From the NCBI GenBank assembly GCA_965658225.1, contig CBFHRK010000001.1, positions 2,335-66,334 on the forward strand: 64,000 nt of DNA. Direction: 5' to 3'. Made by a program: the position numbers and the translations under genes. This stretch comes from Flavobacteriales bacterium (GTDB taxonomy: Bacteria; Bacteroidota; Bacteroidia; Flavobacteriales; ECT2AJA-044). The notes beneath the pieces were generated by a model. That model ran no database searches, was not told the DNA's origin, and saw nothing but the letters and a program-made list of their open reading frames with translations. Below are positions 20,658 through 31,176 of the stretch, one piece after another; the first letter of the stretch is position 1; each line of letters starts with the position of its first letter.

Positions 20658-21388
20658 TGTGGAGTTTATTTCGAAAAGAAATAAGTAGTTTTTTGAGTTC
20701 CATCATCGGGTACCTAGTCATCATGGTGTTTCTGTTGATCAACTCCCTGTTCTTATGGGTGTTTCATGGAGATTTCAACTTGATCAATGCGGGTTATGCT
20801 TCGTTGGACGGACTCTTCATTTTGGCCCCATTTATTTTTATGTTTTTGGTTCCCGCCATTACCATGAGAATGTTTGCCGATGAGCATAAAGGCGGTACCA
20901 TGGAGCTTTTAGCGACCAGGCCAATAAGTGACGCGGGCATTGTATTCGCTAAATTTTTAGCCGGTTGGGTGCTCGTTTTACTTTCTTTGCTACCCACGCT
21001 ACTCTATTACTATTCCATTTATCAACTTGGAGCTCCTGTGGGTAACTTAGATTCGGGCGGAATTGCCGGTTCTTATGTCGGCTTGTTCCTTCTTGGAGGC
21101 GCGTATGTGAGCATCGGGCTCTTTGCCTCTAGTTTAACAAGTAATCAAATTGTCGCTTTTATCGTCGCTCTTTTGCTCTGTTTCATTCTGTATATGGGAC
21201 TTGATAGTATTGCTTCATGGTCGATGCTGGGAGGCGCTGATTACCTTTTTGAGCAATTGGGCATGTCGATTCATTACAATAGTTTGAGCCGCGGTGTTAT
21301 TGACTCCCGAGACATCATCTACTTCGGTAGTATAATGATTGGGTTTGGGTTTCTAACTCAAACTGCTCTTTTAAGTCGTAAGTGGTAA
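20657..21388 (+). CDS. gldF: Gliding motility ABC transporter permease GldF
   Basis: FRKEISSFLSSIIGY, PAITMRMFADE, GTMELL and SRGVIDSRDIIYF. Confidence 0.95.
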   Translation: MWSLFRKEISSFLSSIIGYLVIMVFLLINSLFLWVFHGDFNLINAGYASLDGLFILAPFIFMFLVPAITMRMFADEHKGGTMELLATRPISDAGIVFAKFLAGWVLVLLSLLPTLLYYYSIYQLGAPVGNLDSGGIAGSYVGLFLLGGAYVSIGLFASSLTSNQIVAFIVALLLCFILYMGLDSIASWSMLGGADYLFEQLGMSIHYNSLSRGVIDSRDIIYFGSIMIGFGFLTQTALLSRKW

Positions 21389-23100
21389 TGAATAAAAGAA
21401 ACGATTTAATAAGACTATTTATGATGATGAGCATTCTTGTGCTCGTCAACATTCTCGGGTCGTTCCGATTCTTTCGGATCGACCTGACCGCTGAAAAAAG
21501 ATACACACTTTCCGATGCAACGGTAGCGTTATTGGAATCATTAGATGATAAGGTTCTCTTTCGGGTATACTTGGAAGGGACTTTCCCGGCCGGATTCAAG
21601 CGCTTGAGTAACGAAACAAAAAGAATGCTTCGTGAATTTAAGGCCTACAGCGACAATATTGAATACGAATTTGTGGATCCAACGGCGGCGGAAAGTGAGG
21701 ACGATCGACAAGATTTGTACCGCCAATTAACAGAAAAAGGTTTAGAGGGAACTCGTTTAGAAATAAATGAAGGCGATGCTCAAAGTACCCAAATCATTTT
21801 CCCAGGAGGTCTCGTTTATTACAAAGGCCGAGAAGGTGTAATTAAACTACTAAAGAGTCAAATCGGTGCCAGCGCTGAAGCGCAGTTAAATAATTCGGTT
21901 CAGTCGCTCGAATTCGAATTAGCCAATACCCTTCGGAAACTACAAGTAGGAAAAAGAAAAGGAATTGGCTTTGTTGAAGGGCACGGTGAATTGTCGGACC
22001 TGGAAACGGAAGGAATTGCCCGTGTCTTGAAAGATACCTACGATATGGCGCGCCTCGATTTACGAAGCTTTGAAGTTGATTCTGTAACAGGTGAAATTTC
22101 GATTGGCAAAAAACTTAAACAGCTCAATCGGTTCGACTTATTAGTTGTTGCAAAACCGAGGGAGCGGTACTCAGATCTCGACAAGTATTTGATGGATCAG
22201 TACATTATGAATGGCGGAAAGGTAATTTGGTTGATCGATCGCGTTTTCGCGGATATCGATTCTTTAGCGAATAAAAGTGCCGCCTTATCTTTCCCACTTG
22301 ATCTAAACCTCGACGACATTCTTTTCCGCTACGGAGTGAGAATTAACCAGGATCTGGTTCAAGATGCTCAATCGGCCCCTATTCCTGTAGTGGTGAACGA
22401 AGTCAATGGAGCTCCTCAATACGAGTACTTCCCGTGGGTGTATTTCCCTTTAGCTCTTCCTGCAGCGCAACATCCGATCACAAATAACCTAAACGCGGTA
22501 AAATTTGAATTCCCATCGTCATTGGACACCATAGTTTCTCCGGGAGTCAAGAAAACATTTTTAATTCAATCGTCGCCATATACCAAGGTAAGCCAGGCGC
22601 CAACAAATATTAGTCTGCGCACATTAAACGAACCGCCAAAAAGGGAAGAATTTAATCGAGGCGCTAAATCTTTGGCTGTTTTACTGGAGGGCACCTTTAC
22701 TTCGAACTTCAAAAACCGAATTCAGCCGCGCGACGGTAATGGCGAAGAATTGACTGTGCTGGGCGAAAGCAAGCCTACCGCGCAAATTGTCATCGCAGAT
22801 GGAGATGTAGTTAAGAACCAATTTCAAAATGGACGTGCGCTGAAACTCGGGTACGATAAATATACTGGGGCACAATATGGCAATGAAGACTTCTTCCTAA
22901 ATGCTGTTGATTATTTACTGGACGATTCAGGATTGATTTCCGTTCGCTCACGAGAGTTAAGATTGAGGTTACTGGATAGCACTAAAATTCAGGAAGGAAC
23001 ATCTTATTGGAAAATACTAAATGTAGCAGTACCGCCACTCTTTGTGCTTTTAACTGGACTGGGACTTACTTTTTGGAGACGGAGGAAATACGGAAGATAA
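21382..23100 (+). CDS. gldG: Gliding motility ABC transporter auxiliary component GldG
   Basis: RIDLTAEKRYTLS, GHGEL, DQYIMNGGK and LGYDKYTG...YGNEDF. Follows gldF. Confidence 0.95.
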   Translation: MVMNKRNDLIRLFMMMSILVLVNILGSFRFFRIDLTAEKRYTLSDATVALLESLDDKVLFRVYLEGTFPAGFKRLSNETKRMLREFKAYSDNIEYEFVDPTAAESEDDRQDLYRQLTEKGLEGTRLEINEGDAQSTQIIFPGGLVYYKGREGVIKLLKSQIGASAEAQLNNSVQSLEFELANTLRKLQVGKRKGIGFVEGHGELSDLETEGIARVLKDTYDMARLDLRSFEVDSVTGEISIGKKLKQLNRFDLLVVAKPRERYSDLDKYLMDQYIMNGGKVIWLIDRVFADIDSLANKSAALSFPLDLNLDDILFRYGVRINQDLVQDAQSAPIPVVVNEVNGAPQYEYFPWVYFPLALPAAQHPITNNLNAVKFEFPSSLDTIVSPGVKKTFLIQSSPYTKVSQAPTNISLRTLNEPPKREEFNRGAKSLAVLLEGTFTSNFKNRIQPRDGNGEELTVLGESKPTAQIVIADGDVVKNQFQNGRALKLGYDKYTGAQYGNEDFFLNAVDYLLDDSGLISVRSRELRLRLLDSTKIQEGTSYWKILNVAVPPLFVLLTGLGLTFWRRRKYGR

Positions 23101-23101
23101 T

Positions 23102-24103
23102 ATGAAAAACAAGAATTTAGTTTACGCAGTAATCCTCATCGCCCTCGTTGCTTTGGTGGTATGGTTCTCATTCTTTAAAAATGAAAACACGACACGTCCG
23201 CAACTCTATAATTTCTCTGTGACCGACACTGCTTCGATTGTACAGATTACCATCCAAAACAAGCGTCCTCAAAAAACGGTCTTGACAAAAACGGAAGAAG
23301 GTTGGAAAGTTAGCGACCAGTACTTTGTGCGGCCCAATGCGATACGAACGCTACTAGAGACCTTATACCGTCAGGAAATGAGAACCTTTACGCCGGAAGC
23401 GGCAAAAGAGCGAATTTTAAATATGATGTCGACTCAAGGCACGGAAGTTATTGTAGAGAGTGCTGAAGGAACGATGCTTCACTTTTTTGTGGGCGGTAAC
23501 GCTCCCGACATGCTGGGTACTTATATGATGATAAAAGGTTCGGACGGACCGTATGCTGTGCATATTCCAGGTTTTAACGGGTTTTTAAGTAGTCGGTATT
23601 TTTCAGACCCCGCTCAATGGCGCGATCGTACTTTGGTCAGCGCACCGGCATCAAAAATAACCGAAGTAACGTTGAACTATACGAATGCACCCGTTTCGAG
23701 TTTTCGGATCACCAAAGATGATTCGGGAATTATTAGTGTTGTGAACCCGGTCACTGGAGCTGCCCTACCGTTCAAGGAAGAGGCTGTGCGAGGCTACCTC
23801 GAAGATTTCAAACGCATTTACTTTGAAGGAGTTATTTCGCCAGAAGATCGTATTTGGCCGAAGCGCGATTCTATTGTGAATAGTATCCCGGTTTTCACCC
23901 TTCGGGTGGATCAGAAAAATGGGAAAACGTGGGCATTTGAAGCCTTTAACAAATCGGCTCAAGTGGGCGAAACAGACAGTGAAGGAAACGTTCAAGCCTT
24001 TGACCGCGATCGTTACTACGCTTTGTTAAATGACACTGATTTCGTTTTGATTCAGAACTACGCCTTGAGACGAATTCTTCGAGAAGCGAGTTACTTCGAA
24101 TAG
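23102..24103 (+). CDS. DUF4340-like membrane-anchored protein of the gldFG locus
   Basis: N-terminal transmembrane segment and HIPGFNGFLSSRY...WRDR. Operonic with gldG. Confidence 0.75.
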   Translation: MKNKNLVYAVILIALVALVVWFSFFKNENTTRPQLYNFSVTDTASIVQITIQNKRPQKTVLTKTEEGWKVSDQYFVRPNAIRTLLETLYRQEMRTFTPEAAKERILNMMSTQGTEVIVESAEGTMLHFFVGGNAPDMLGTYMMIKGSDGPYAVHIPGFNGFLSSRYFSDPAQWRDRTLVSAPASKITEVTLNYTNAPVSSFRITKDDSGIISVVNPVTGAALPFKEEAVRGYLEDFKRIYFEGVISPEDRIWPKRDSIVNSIPVFTLRVDQKNGKTWAFEAFNKSAQVGETDSEGNVQAFDRDRYYALLNDTDFVLIQNYALRRILREASYFE

Positions 24104-24159
24104 TTATTAGTTGTTAAAAAGTCGTTGATTTCTTTTCGGGCCGTAGGCCCTTAAAAAAT

Positions 24160-24167
24160 TATATTTG
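24160..24167 (+). promoter_or_regulatory. -7 promoter element for dnaN
   Basis: TATATTTG about 50 nt upstream of the ATG at 24218. Confidence 0.55.
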
Positions 24168-24217
24168 CTACTAGGCAAAAATAGGCGCTAACGCCATCAT
24201 AATAAGATTAGAACGGA

Positions 24218-25339
24218 ATGAAATTCATTGTTTCAAGCACACAGTTACTTCGCGAATTACAAACGATTAACGGCGTTATTAACAGCAGTAATACGCTTCC
24301 AATTTTGGACAACTTCTTGTTTGAAATCAGCGCTAACGAGTTGAAAGTAACGGCTTCAGATTTAGAAACCACCATTTCTACCAAGCTCACTGTGCAAAGT
24401 GATGAAGAAGGCAGCGCAGCCATTCCATCTCGGCTTTTACTAGATACGCTCAAAACATTTCCAGAGCAACCATTAACCTTCTTAATGGACAGCGAAGCGA
24501 AAAAAGTAGAGCTCAGTTCCGATTATGGAAAATACTCCCTCTCCTACCTGGACGGAGAAGAATTCCCAAAGGTTCAGGAACTCGAAGATCCAAGTAAAGC
24601 ATCCATTAAGCCCGAAATTTTAGCCACAGCGATTAACAAAACTTTGTTTGCCAGTGGCAATGATGATTTACGTCCGGTGATGTCTGGTGTTTTCTTTCAA
24701 TTCAATACTGAATTTGTGCGTTTCGTTTCTACCGATGCCCATAAATTGGTTCGTTACACTCGTACAGATGCCACTACGGATCAATCGGCAGAGTTTATAA
24801 TGCCAAAGAAACCATTGAATCTTTTGAAGGGTATTTTGGGATCTGCACAGGGCGATGTTCAAATTGAGTACAACGAAAGCAATGCTCGTTTCCTATTCGA
24901 CGGTATCGATTTAAGCTGCCGTCTTATCGACGGGAAATACCCGAATTACGAGGCCGTAATTCCGCAAACAAATCCAAATAAGCTAACCGTAAACAGATCT
25001 GCTTTCTTGAGTTCAGTGAAACGTGTGAGCATCTTCTCAAATAAAACAACTCATCAGATTCGCTTGAAAATTGCAGGGAATGAATTGCAAATTAGTGCCG
25101 AAGATTTGGATTTCGCGAATAAAGCAGATGAGCGCTTGACTTGCCAATACGAAGGAGAAGACATCGAAATAGGTTTCAACTCGCGCTTCTTAGTTGAAAT
25201 GCTCAGTAATTTGGAAGCCGAAAACGTAAATCTGGAAATGTCGGCCCCAAATAGAGCCGGAATTCTACTCCCACTTGACGGAAGTGAAGACGGTGAAGAT
25301 GTGTTAATGTTGGTGATGCCGGTAATGTTGAATAACTAA
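24218..25339 (+). CDS. dnaN: DNA polymerase III beta sliding clamp
   Basis: MKFIVSS, LPILDNFLFE, RPVMSGVF, DGKYPNYEAVIP and IGFNSRFL. Confidence 0.99.
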   Translation: MKFIVSSTQLLRELQTINGVINSSNTLPILDNFLFEISANELKVTASDLETTISTKLTVQSDEEGSAAIPSRLLLDTLKTFPEQPLTFLMDSEAKKVELSSDYGKYSLSYLDGEEFPKVQELEDPSKASIKPEILATAINKTLFASGNDDLRPVMSGVFFQFNTEFVRFVSTDAHKLVRYTRTDATTDQSAEFIMPKKPLNLLKGILGSAQGDVQIEYNESNARFLFDGIDLSCRLIDGKYPNYEAVIPQTNPNKLTVNRSAFLSSVKRVSIFSNKTTHQIRLKIAGNELQISAEDLDFANKADERLTCQYEGEDIEIGFNSRFLVEMLSNLEAENVNLEMSAPNRAGILLPLDGSEDGEDVLMLVMPVMLNN

Positions 25340-25495
25340 GTCAAGGTAGATCCCTTCCTTTTCTCCTGAGCTTTGATGAACGATATAGAGCTTCGTTGGG
25401 AGCTCATCTTCGATGCGTGTTATCATATTGATCATTGTGAACAATTCAACGAATAATTATTTGTTGGACTAATCCGCTCTTGGTACTTTTCGAGA

Positions 25496-26161
25496 GTGAA
25501 GCAAAGCAAATTATTTGTGGTTGGAGATGTGCATGGATGTCTCCTTACTTTTCAAGCTCTTTTGGATCAACATTGGGATCCGGAGAAAGAAATTCTTATT
25601 CAAGTAGGCGACCTAATTAACAAAGGACGGTTCAGCGTAGATACGGTTTTCTTTTGTAAAGAACTCGAACAGAAGTATCCTGGTCGCGTTGCCTTCATCA
25701 AGGGAAACCACGAATGGGATATGCTTCAATATTTATTGGGAAGTCCGCGCTTAAAGTGGCTTCGAGGTGGTGGATCTAAAATATTGCGAGACCTAGCGAA
25801 GAAGCCCGAAAACTACGGTCCTTTTTTGACATGGATAAAAGAATTGCCTCTTATTTGGGAAAATGAAACGGTGCATATTTCGCACGCGGGTTGGTCATTA
25901 TCGTCTCCAAACCCATTGGAAGAAGATAACAGTTTGAGTGTGCTGAACAATCGACGACCAATACTCAATATCGGTAAAACCCAAATCATAGGGCACACGC
26001 CTCAAAAAAATGGAAAACCCAAGTACGATAAACGAGCAAATTGCTGGACCGTCGATACCGGTGCTTATATGGGTATTGGGTTGACGGGGGTAAAAGTGGG
26101 CAAAAAAGGCAAGGTTAAAGAAGTTTGTTTTATACCGACCATTAAGAAAGACTTGCCTTAA
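25496..26161 (+). CDS. Calcineurin-like metallophosphoesterase (ApaH/PP1-like)
   Basis: GDVHG, GDLINKG, GNHE, HAG, IIGHTP and VDTGAY. Has a GTG start. Confidence 0.92.
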   Translation: MKQSKLFVVGDVHGCLLTFQALLDQHWDPEKEILIQVGDLINKGRFSVDTVFFCKELEQKYPGRVAFIKGNHEWDMLQYLLGSPRLKWLRGGGSKILRDLAKKPENYGPFLTWIKELPLIWENETVHISHAGWSLSSPNPLEEDNSLSVLNNRRPILNIGKTQIIGHTPQKNGKPKYDKRANCWTVDTGAYMGIGLTGVKVGKKGKVKEVCFIPTIKKDLP

Positions 26162-27522
26162 TGTATTGCATTGTCGATATAGAAACCACCGGGGGTAGCA
26201 GTAAAACAGAGCGTATTACGGAAATTGCTATGTACAAGCACGATGGATTCAAAATTGTGGATGAATGGCAATCCCTTATAAATCCTGAAAAACGGATTCC
26301 CTACCACATTACTGGACTAACTGGAATTACCAATGAAATGGTGGCAAATGCCCCAAAATTCTACCAGGTAGCGAAAGAAGTGGTAGAGTTTACAGAGGGC
26401 ACTATTTTCGTGGCGCACAACTCTAAATTCGACTATAATTTTTTCAAATCCGAATTTCGGGCCTTGGGATACGAATATGAACGGCCGACACTTTGTACCG
26501 TAAAACTGAGCAGGGCAATCATACCAAAAAAGAGATCGTACAGTTTGGGAAAATTGTGCGCGGAGCTTGGAATTGAGATTTCAGCGAGGCACCGAGCTGC
26601 TGGTGATGCCCGGGCAACGGTCTCGCTATTCGAGCTGCTACTAGCCGAGGATAATGGAGGATTGATTACGGAGAACCCATCGGCCCGAAAGGGCGATTAC
26701 GCAAGTGGGCTCAGTCCAAAAATTGTGCAGAATTTACCAGCGAAAACCGGAGTCTATTACTTGTATGATGCAGACAATATGTTGATTTACGTTGGTAAGA
26801 GCACCAATATTAAGTCGCGAATTCTTCAGCATTTAAACAACTACGAAACGGAACGGGGTGTGACGATGATGCAAGAAATTGCCTCGATCTCTTTCGAGTT
26901 AACCGGCAGCGAATTGATTTCACTTCTTTTGGAGAGCTATGAAATAAAGAAGCATCGCCCCAAATTTAATCGAGCATCGCGCCGTAATTCATATGATTAT
27001 GGTCTTTATCACGAGCTCGATGATCGCGGATACGAAACGCTCAAAGTAAAATCGCAGAAAAACGGTCCGGTACCTTTATGTACCTATTCGACCGCCACCG
27101 AAGGAAGAAGGCATTTAGAATATTTGAAAGAAGAATATGAATTATGTCCGTGTTTGTGCGGGCTTTATAAAAGTGATAAAGGATGCTTTCACGTTTCCAT
27201 TGGTCAATGCTCGGGAGCGGATATAGAAAAAGAGTCTCCAGAAGATTATAACGAACGCGTCCAAAAAGTGCTGGACCACTTTGCCTACCCCAAACCCAAC
27301 TTTTTCATTTTAGATGAAGGTCGCGATCCCAATGAACACTCGATCGTACTAATTGAAGAAGGCCGTTATTCGGGCTTTGGCTATGTATCGAAGGAAGTTT
27401 CGATAGCGCTAATTGACCAGGTTCGCTTGTATGTAACTCCTTATGAAGATAATAGGCACACACAAAGTCTCATCCTCGGGCATTTGAGAAACAACCCAAA
27501 ATCTGATGTTCGATATTTTTGA
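26161..27522 (+). CDS. DEDDh 3'-5' exonuclease (DnaQ-like) fused to a GIY-YIG/UvrC-like domain
   Basis: VDIETTG, VAHNSKFD and HRAAGDA, then GVYYLYD...IYVGKS. Confidence 0.92.
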   Translation: MYCIVDIETTGGSSKTERITEIAMYKHDGFKIVDEWQSLINPEKRIPYHITGLTGITNEMVANAPKFYQVAKEVVEFTEGTIFVAHNSKFDYNFFKSEFRALGYEYERPTLCTVKLSRAIIPKKRSYSLGKLCAELGIEISARHRAAGDARATVSLFELLLAEDNGGLITENPSARKGDYASGLSPKIVQNLPAKTGVYYLYDADNMLIYVGKSTNIKSRILQHLNNYETERGVTMMQEIASISFELTGSELISLLLESYEIKKHRPKFNRASRRNSYDYGLYHELDDRGYETLKVKSQKNGPVPLCTYSTATEGRRHLEYLKEEYELCPCLCGLYKSDKGCFHVSIGQCSGADIEKESPEDYNERVQKVLDHFAYPKPNFFILDEGRDPNEHSIVLIEEGRYSGFGYVSKEVSIALIDQVRLYVTPYEDNRHTQSLILGHLRNNPKSDVRYF

Positions 27523-27583
27523 AACGCGGCGTGAGGCCTTATCAATTCTTTTATCTTTAAAGCTCGCACTAAAAACCTTTACT

Positions 27584-28294
27584 ATGAAAAAAATACTCTT
27601 TTTGTCGCTGATCCTATTCACTTTTATTGGTTGTGAAATGGGAGTGACTGGGAACGGGAACGTGGTTAAGCGATCTATTTCTGTCAGCGATTTCAATCAA
27701 TTAGAAGTGAACGGTGCCTTTCATACCATGATTCGTCAGGGCGACGAACCGAGCTTAGAAGTAGAAATGGATGAAAACCTTTTTCAATATATAGAAATTG
27801 AGCAAGAGGCGGGTGAATTGACCATCGAAACTGAGCGCCCCATCCGTAAGTCAAAAGCGCGGAACTTGTACCTCACTGTGGTAAATCTGGAAGACATTCA
27901 AGTAAACGGGGCAAATGAAGTAGAAACGCGGGGTGGCCTCAAAGGGAATTCCCTTTCTATTCAGGCCAACGGAGCAAGTGAATTAAAAATTGAATACGAG
28001 GGTTCTAGATTGACCATGGAAGCGAATGGCGGTTCTGAAATAAACTTGCGCGGATCTGTAGACGATTTAGGTATAGAAGTGACTGGTGCGGCCGAAGTTC
28101 GGGCCTTCGAAATGCGTGCGTCTTCAGTTAAAGTAGGGGTGTCTGGAGCGGCGGAGACAGACGTTTGGGCCATAGATCAATTAAGTGTTTCTGCTTCGGG
28201 TGCAAGTGATGTGCGCTTTAAAGGCAATCCAAAAATTAACAAATCAACCAGCGGAGCAAGTACTATTTCTCCATATTCCAAAGACGAAGAATAA
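27584..28294 (+). CDS. Head GIN domain/DUF2807 lipoprotein
   Basis: Lipobox FIGC, TGNGNV and repeated GASE/GAAE beta-helix strands. Start moved to the ATG at 27584. Confidence 0.88.
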   Translation: MKKILFLSLILFTFIGCEMGVTGNGNVVKRSISVSDFNQLEVNGAFHTMIRQGDEPSLEVEMDENLFQYIEIEQEAGELTIETERPIRKSKARNLYLTVVNLEDIQVNGANEVETRGGLKGNSLSIQANGASELKIEYEGSRLTMEANGGSEINLRGSVDDLGIEVTGAAEVRAFEMRASSVKVGVSGAAETDVWAIDQLSVSASGASDVRFKGNPKINKSTSGASTISPYSKDEE

Positions 28295-28295
28295 A

Positions 28296-30014
28296 ATGAT
28301 TGAAAAAGAGATTCTCGAACGAGCCGAAGTATGGCTAAATGGCGCTTATGATGAAGACACTAAGTCCGCAATAAAGGAGCTCATAGAAACGGACCCTAAA
28401 GGACTTGCCGATGCGTTTTACACGGATCTTGAATTTGGAACGGGCGGAATGCGCGGGATAATGGGTCCGGGAACGAACCGCATTAACAAGTATACTTTGG
28501 GGATGGCTACTCAAGGCCTGTGTAATTACATGGCGCAATGCTTTCCTAATGAGCCGTTGAAAGTGGCAATCGCTTTTGACTGCCGGAATAATTCGGATGT
28601 TTTTGCCCGTCAAGTTGCAGAGGTATTTAGCGCGAACGGAGTTCACGTTTATTTATTCGAAAGCCTCCGCCCTACGCCGGAGTTGAGTTTTGCCGTTAGG
28701 CATTTGAATTGTCATTCTGGAATTGTATTGACCGCATCTCACAATCCGAAAGAATACAACGGCTACAAGGTGTATTGGAATGATGGCGCGCAGATTGTTC
28801 GCCCCCACGACGGCAAGATCATTGCTGAAGTAAAAAAGATTACGTCTCCCGACGAAGTGAAATTTGACGGACGGGAAGAACTCATCGAGCCGATAGGCTC
28901 GGAAATCGATGAGGCATTTTATGAAGCGAGTGTAGCCCAAGGATTTGATGTGCGTGGTAAAGATGATTTTAAGGTTGTATTTACTTCAATTCACGGAACC
29001 TCCATTAACGGCATACCTCAAGTACTCGAAAAAGCGAACTTCAAGAATGTTTGGATTGTGCCGGAACAAGCAAAACCAGATGGAAATTTCCCTACGGTTG
29101 TATCGCCTAATCCGGAAGAGCCGGAAGCGTTGAGCATGGCGATAGCGCTGGCCAATAAGGAAGGTGCAGACATGGTGATTGGAACAGATCCTGATTCAGA
29201 TCGAATTGGAATTGCCGTGCGCAACCACTATGGTGAACTGGTTATTATGAACGGTAATCAAACGGGAGCTGTGATGACCGAGTATTTAATTAATCAATGG
29301 CGGAATACGGGTAAGCTAAAGGGAAATGAATTCATTGCCTCGACAATTGTAACGAGTGAATTATTTATAGACATAGCCGCAGCCAATAATATCGATTGTC
29401 CGATTTGCCTCACCGGATTTAAATGGATTGCCGATCTAATTCGCGAACGTGAAGGAAAAAGCACTTTTATAGGCGGTGGCGAAGAGAGTTTCGGCTATAT
29501 GGTTGGTGATTTTGTGCGCGATAAAGATGCAGTGACCTCCGCTTTAATTGCCTGCGAAATTGGTGCCGATGCTCTGGATCGAGGATCCACTTTTTACGAT
29601 GAACTCATTGCTGTTTACCTAAAATACGGTTTCTACAAAGAGCGCCTCATTAGCATTACGAAGAAAGGTCGCGACGGTGCTGCCGAGATAAAGCAAATGA
29701 TGGAAGGCTATCGATCGAATCCGCCCGTTTCCATTAATAACTCAAGGGTTGTTCGTTTATTGGATTTTCAAGAGTCGATAGAAACCAACATGGAAACGGG
29801 AGAGAAAACGAAAATTGATCTTCCAAAATCCAACGTGCTTCAGTTTTATACTGCGGACGGATCCAAGATTTCCGCGCGGCCTTCAGGAACGGAGCCTAAA
29901 ATCAAGTTTTATTTTAGTGTGAAAACGAAGCTTGAAAACAAAACTGATTTCGCAATTAAGGAAGCTTTATTGGAAAAGCGTATCGATGACATCATCGCCT
30001 CCTTAGACATTTGA
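28296..30014 (+). CDS. pgm: Phosphoglucomutase/phosphomannomutase
   Basis: FGTGGMRG, TASHNP, DPDSDR, GGEES and RPSGTEPK. Start moved to the ATG at 28296. Confidence 0.96.
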   Translation: MIEKEILERAEVWLNGAYDEDTKSAIKELIETDPKGLADAFYTDLEFGTGGMRGIMGPGTNRINKYTLGMATQGLCNYMAQCFPNEPLKVAIAFDCRNNSDVFARQVAEVFSANGVHVYLFESLRPTPELSFAVRHLNCHSGIVLTASHNPKEYNGYKVYWNDGAQIVRPHDGKIIAEVKKITSPDEVKFDGREELIEPIGSEIDEAFYEASVAQGFDVRGKDDFKVVFTSIHGTSINGIPQVLEKANFKNVWIVPEQAKPDGNFPTVVSPNPEEPEALSMAIALANKEGADMVIGTDPDSDRIGIAVRNHYGELVIMNGNQTGAVMTEYLINQWRNTGKLKGNEFIASTIVTSELFIDIAAANNIDCPICLTGFKWIADLIREREGKSTFIGGGEESFGYMVGDFVRDKDAVTSALIACEIGADALDRGSTFYDELIAVYLKYGFYKERLISITKKGRDGAAEIKQMMEGYRSNPPVSINNSRVVRLLDFQESIETNMETGEKTKIDLPKSNVLQFYTADGSKISARPSGTEPKIKFYFSVKTKLENKTDFAIKEALLEKRIDDIIASLDI

Positions 30015-30082
30015 CAGGCTTTATATAGCTGAAAAAGAGTACTTTCGCAGCCATCTAAAACGATAAGAAAAAGTACCTACTT

Positions 30083-31171
30083 ATGAAAAGAGCGCTGCTA
30101 CTACTCACAATTCTTGGATCCATTTTTACTCAAGGTCAAACCGTTACTGCTGTTGCTGTAAGTGCAAGTCCGTTAGACTGTCAGTCCTGGACCATTACCG
30201 TGGACGGAATGAAGCCGATGCCTCAGTTCTTCATTGCGGGGGACTCGTACAATGTAACAGGTTCAACGATTAATGTGACAATCAACTTTGATGCTCCGCC
30301 CATCGGGAATCCCATGTTCGCTCCCTACACGCACACCATAACTATTCCTGCCAACGCAATCCCGGCAGGCAATTACAATGTAGTTGTAAGTGCCTTTTCC
30401 CTAGTTATTGGCCAACAAACAGGCACCAACTCTACTTCAATGGTTCTGGGCTCGTGTTGTCCTGCATCCGCTAGTTTTTCAACGAATGCAACAAGCTATT
30501 GCTGGGACCAAACCATTCAAGTTTCCGACTCTTCTGCAGGAGCGACCTCGGTTGATTGGTACTTAAACAATGTTTTCGACCACAGTGGAGCTGGGGACTT
30601 TACTCTTACTGGTCTTTCCGGTGTGAATGTTATCAAACAAGTAGTCTCCGACGGGTCGTGCAGTGATTCAATCGAGGTTACGGTCGATGTAGCACCCATG
30701 CCAAGTAACGGTTTCAATGTTATTCAGTCCGGTACACAGTTTACTTTTACCGCTAGCGGAAGCAGCGCGTTTAGCTATAGTTGGGATTTCGGAGATGGGA
30801 ATACCGGAACCGGGGCGCTTGTTACACATACCTATGCTGCCGATGGTAACTACAACGCTTGTTTAGTCTCTGCGGACAATAACTCGTGCAGTGCCGATTC
30901 TTGCACCACGGTGACTGTCTCAACAATCGGATTAGAAGAAAACTCGGAATCGATCCGTATTTATCCAAACCCAGCCAGCCATATCGTGCAAATTGAAGGA
31001 GTTTCTACCACCGATATTGCTTGGTTTAACGAACTCGGACAAAGAATTGATTTGCTCGAAGAGGCTTCCTCACACGATTTCATTCACGTGTACAATGTTT
31101 CCGACCTACCGGCCGGATTGTACTATATTCAGTGGGCAGACAAAGCAGAGAAAATTCAAATTACACATTAA
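30083..31171 (+). CDS. T9SS-secreted PKD-domain protein, paralog 1 of 3
   Basis: Signal peptide, YSWDFGDG...HTYAADGNY PKD motif and IRIYPNPA...LPAGLYYI C-terminal sorting domain. Confidence 0.9.
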   Translation: MKRALLLLTILGSIFTQGQTVTAVAVSASPLDCQSWTITVDGMKPMPQFFIAGDSYNVTGSTINVTINFDAPPIGNPMFAPYTHTITIPANAIPAGNYNVVVSAFSLVIGQQTGTNSTSMVLGSCCPASASFSTNATSYCWDQTIQVSDSSAGATSVDWYLNNVFDHSGAGDFTLTGLSGVNVIKQVVSDGSCSDSIEVTVDVAPMPSNGFNVIQSGTQFTFTASGSSAFSYSWDFGDGNTGTGALVTHTYAADGNYNACLVSADNNSCSADSCTTVTVSTIGLEENSESIRIYPNPASHIVQIEGVSTTDIAWFNELGQRIDLLEEASSHDFIHVYNVSDLPAGLYYIQWADKAEKIQITH

Positions 31172-31176
31172 GCATT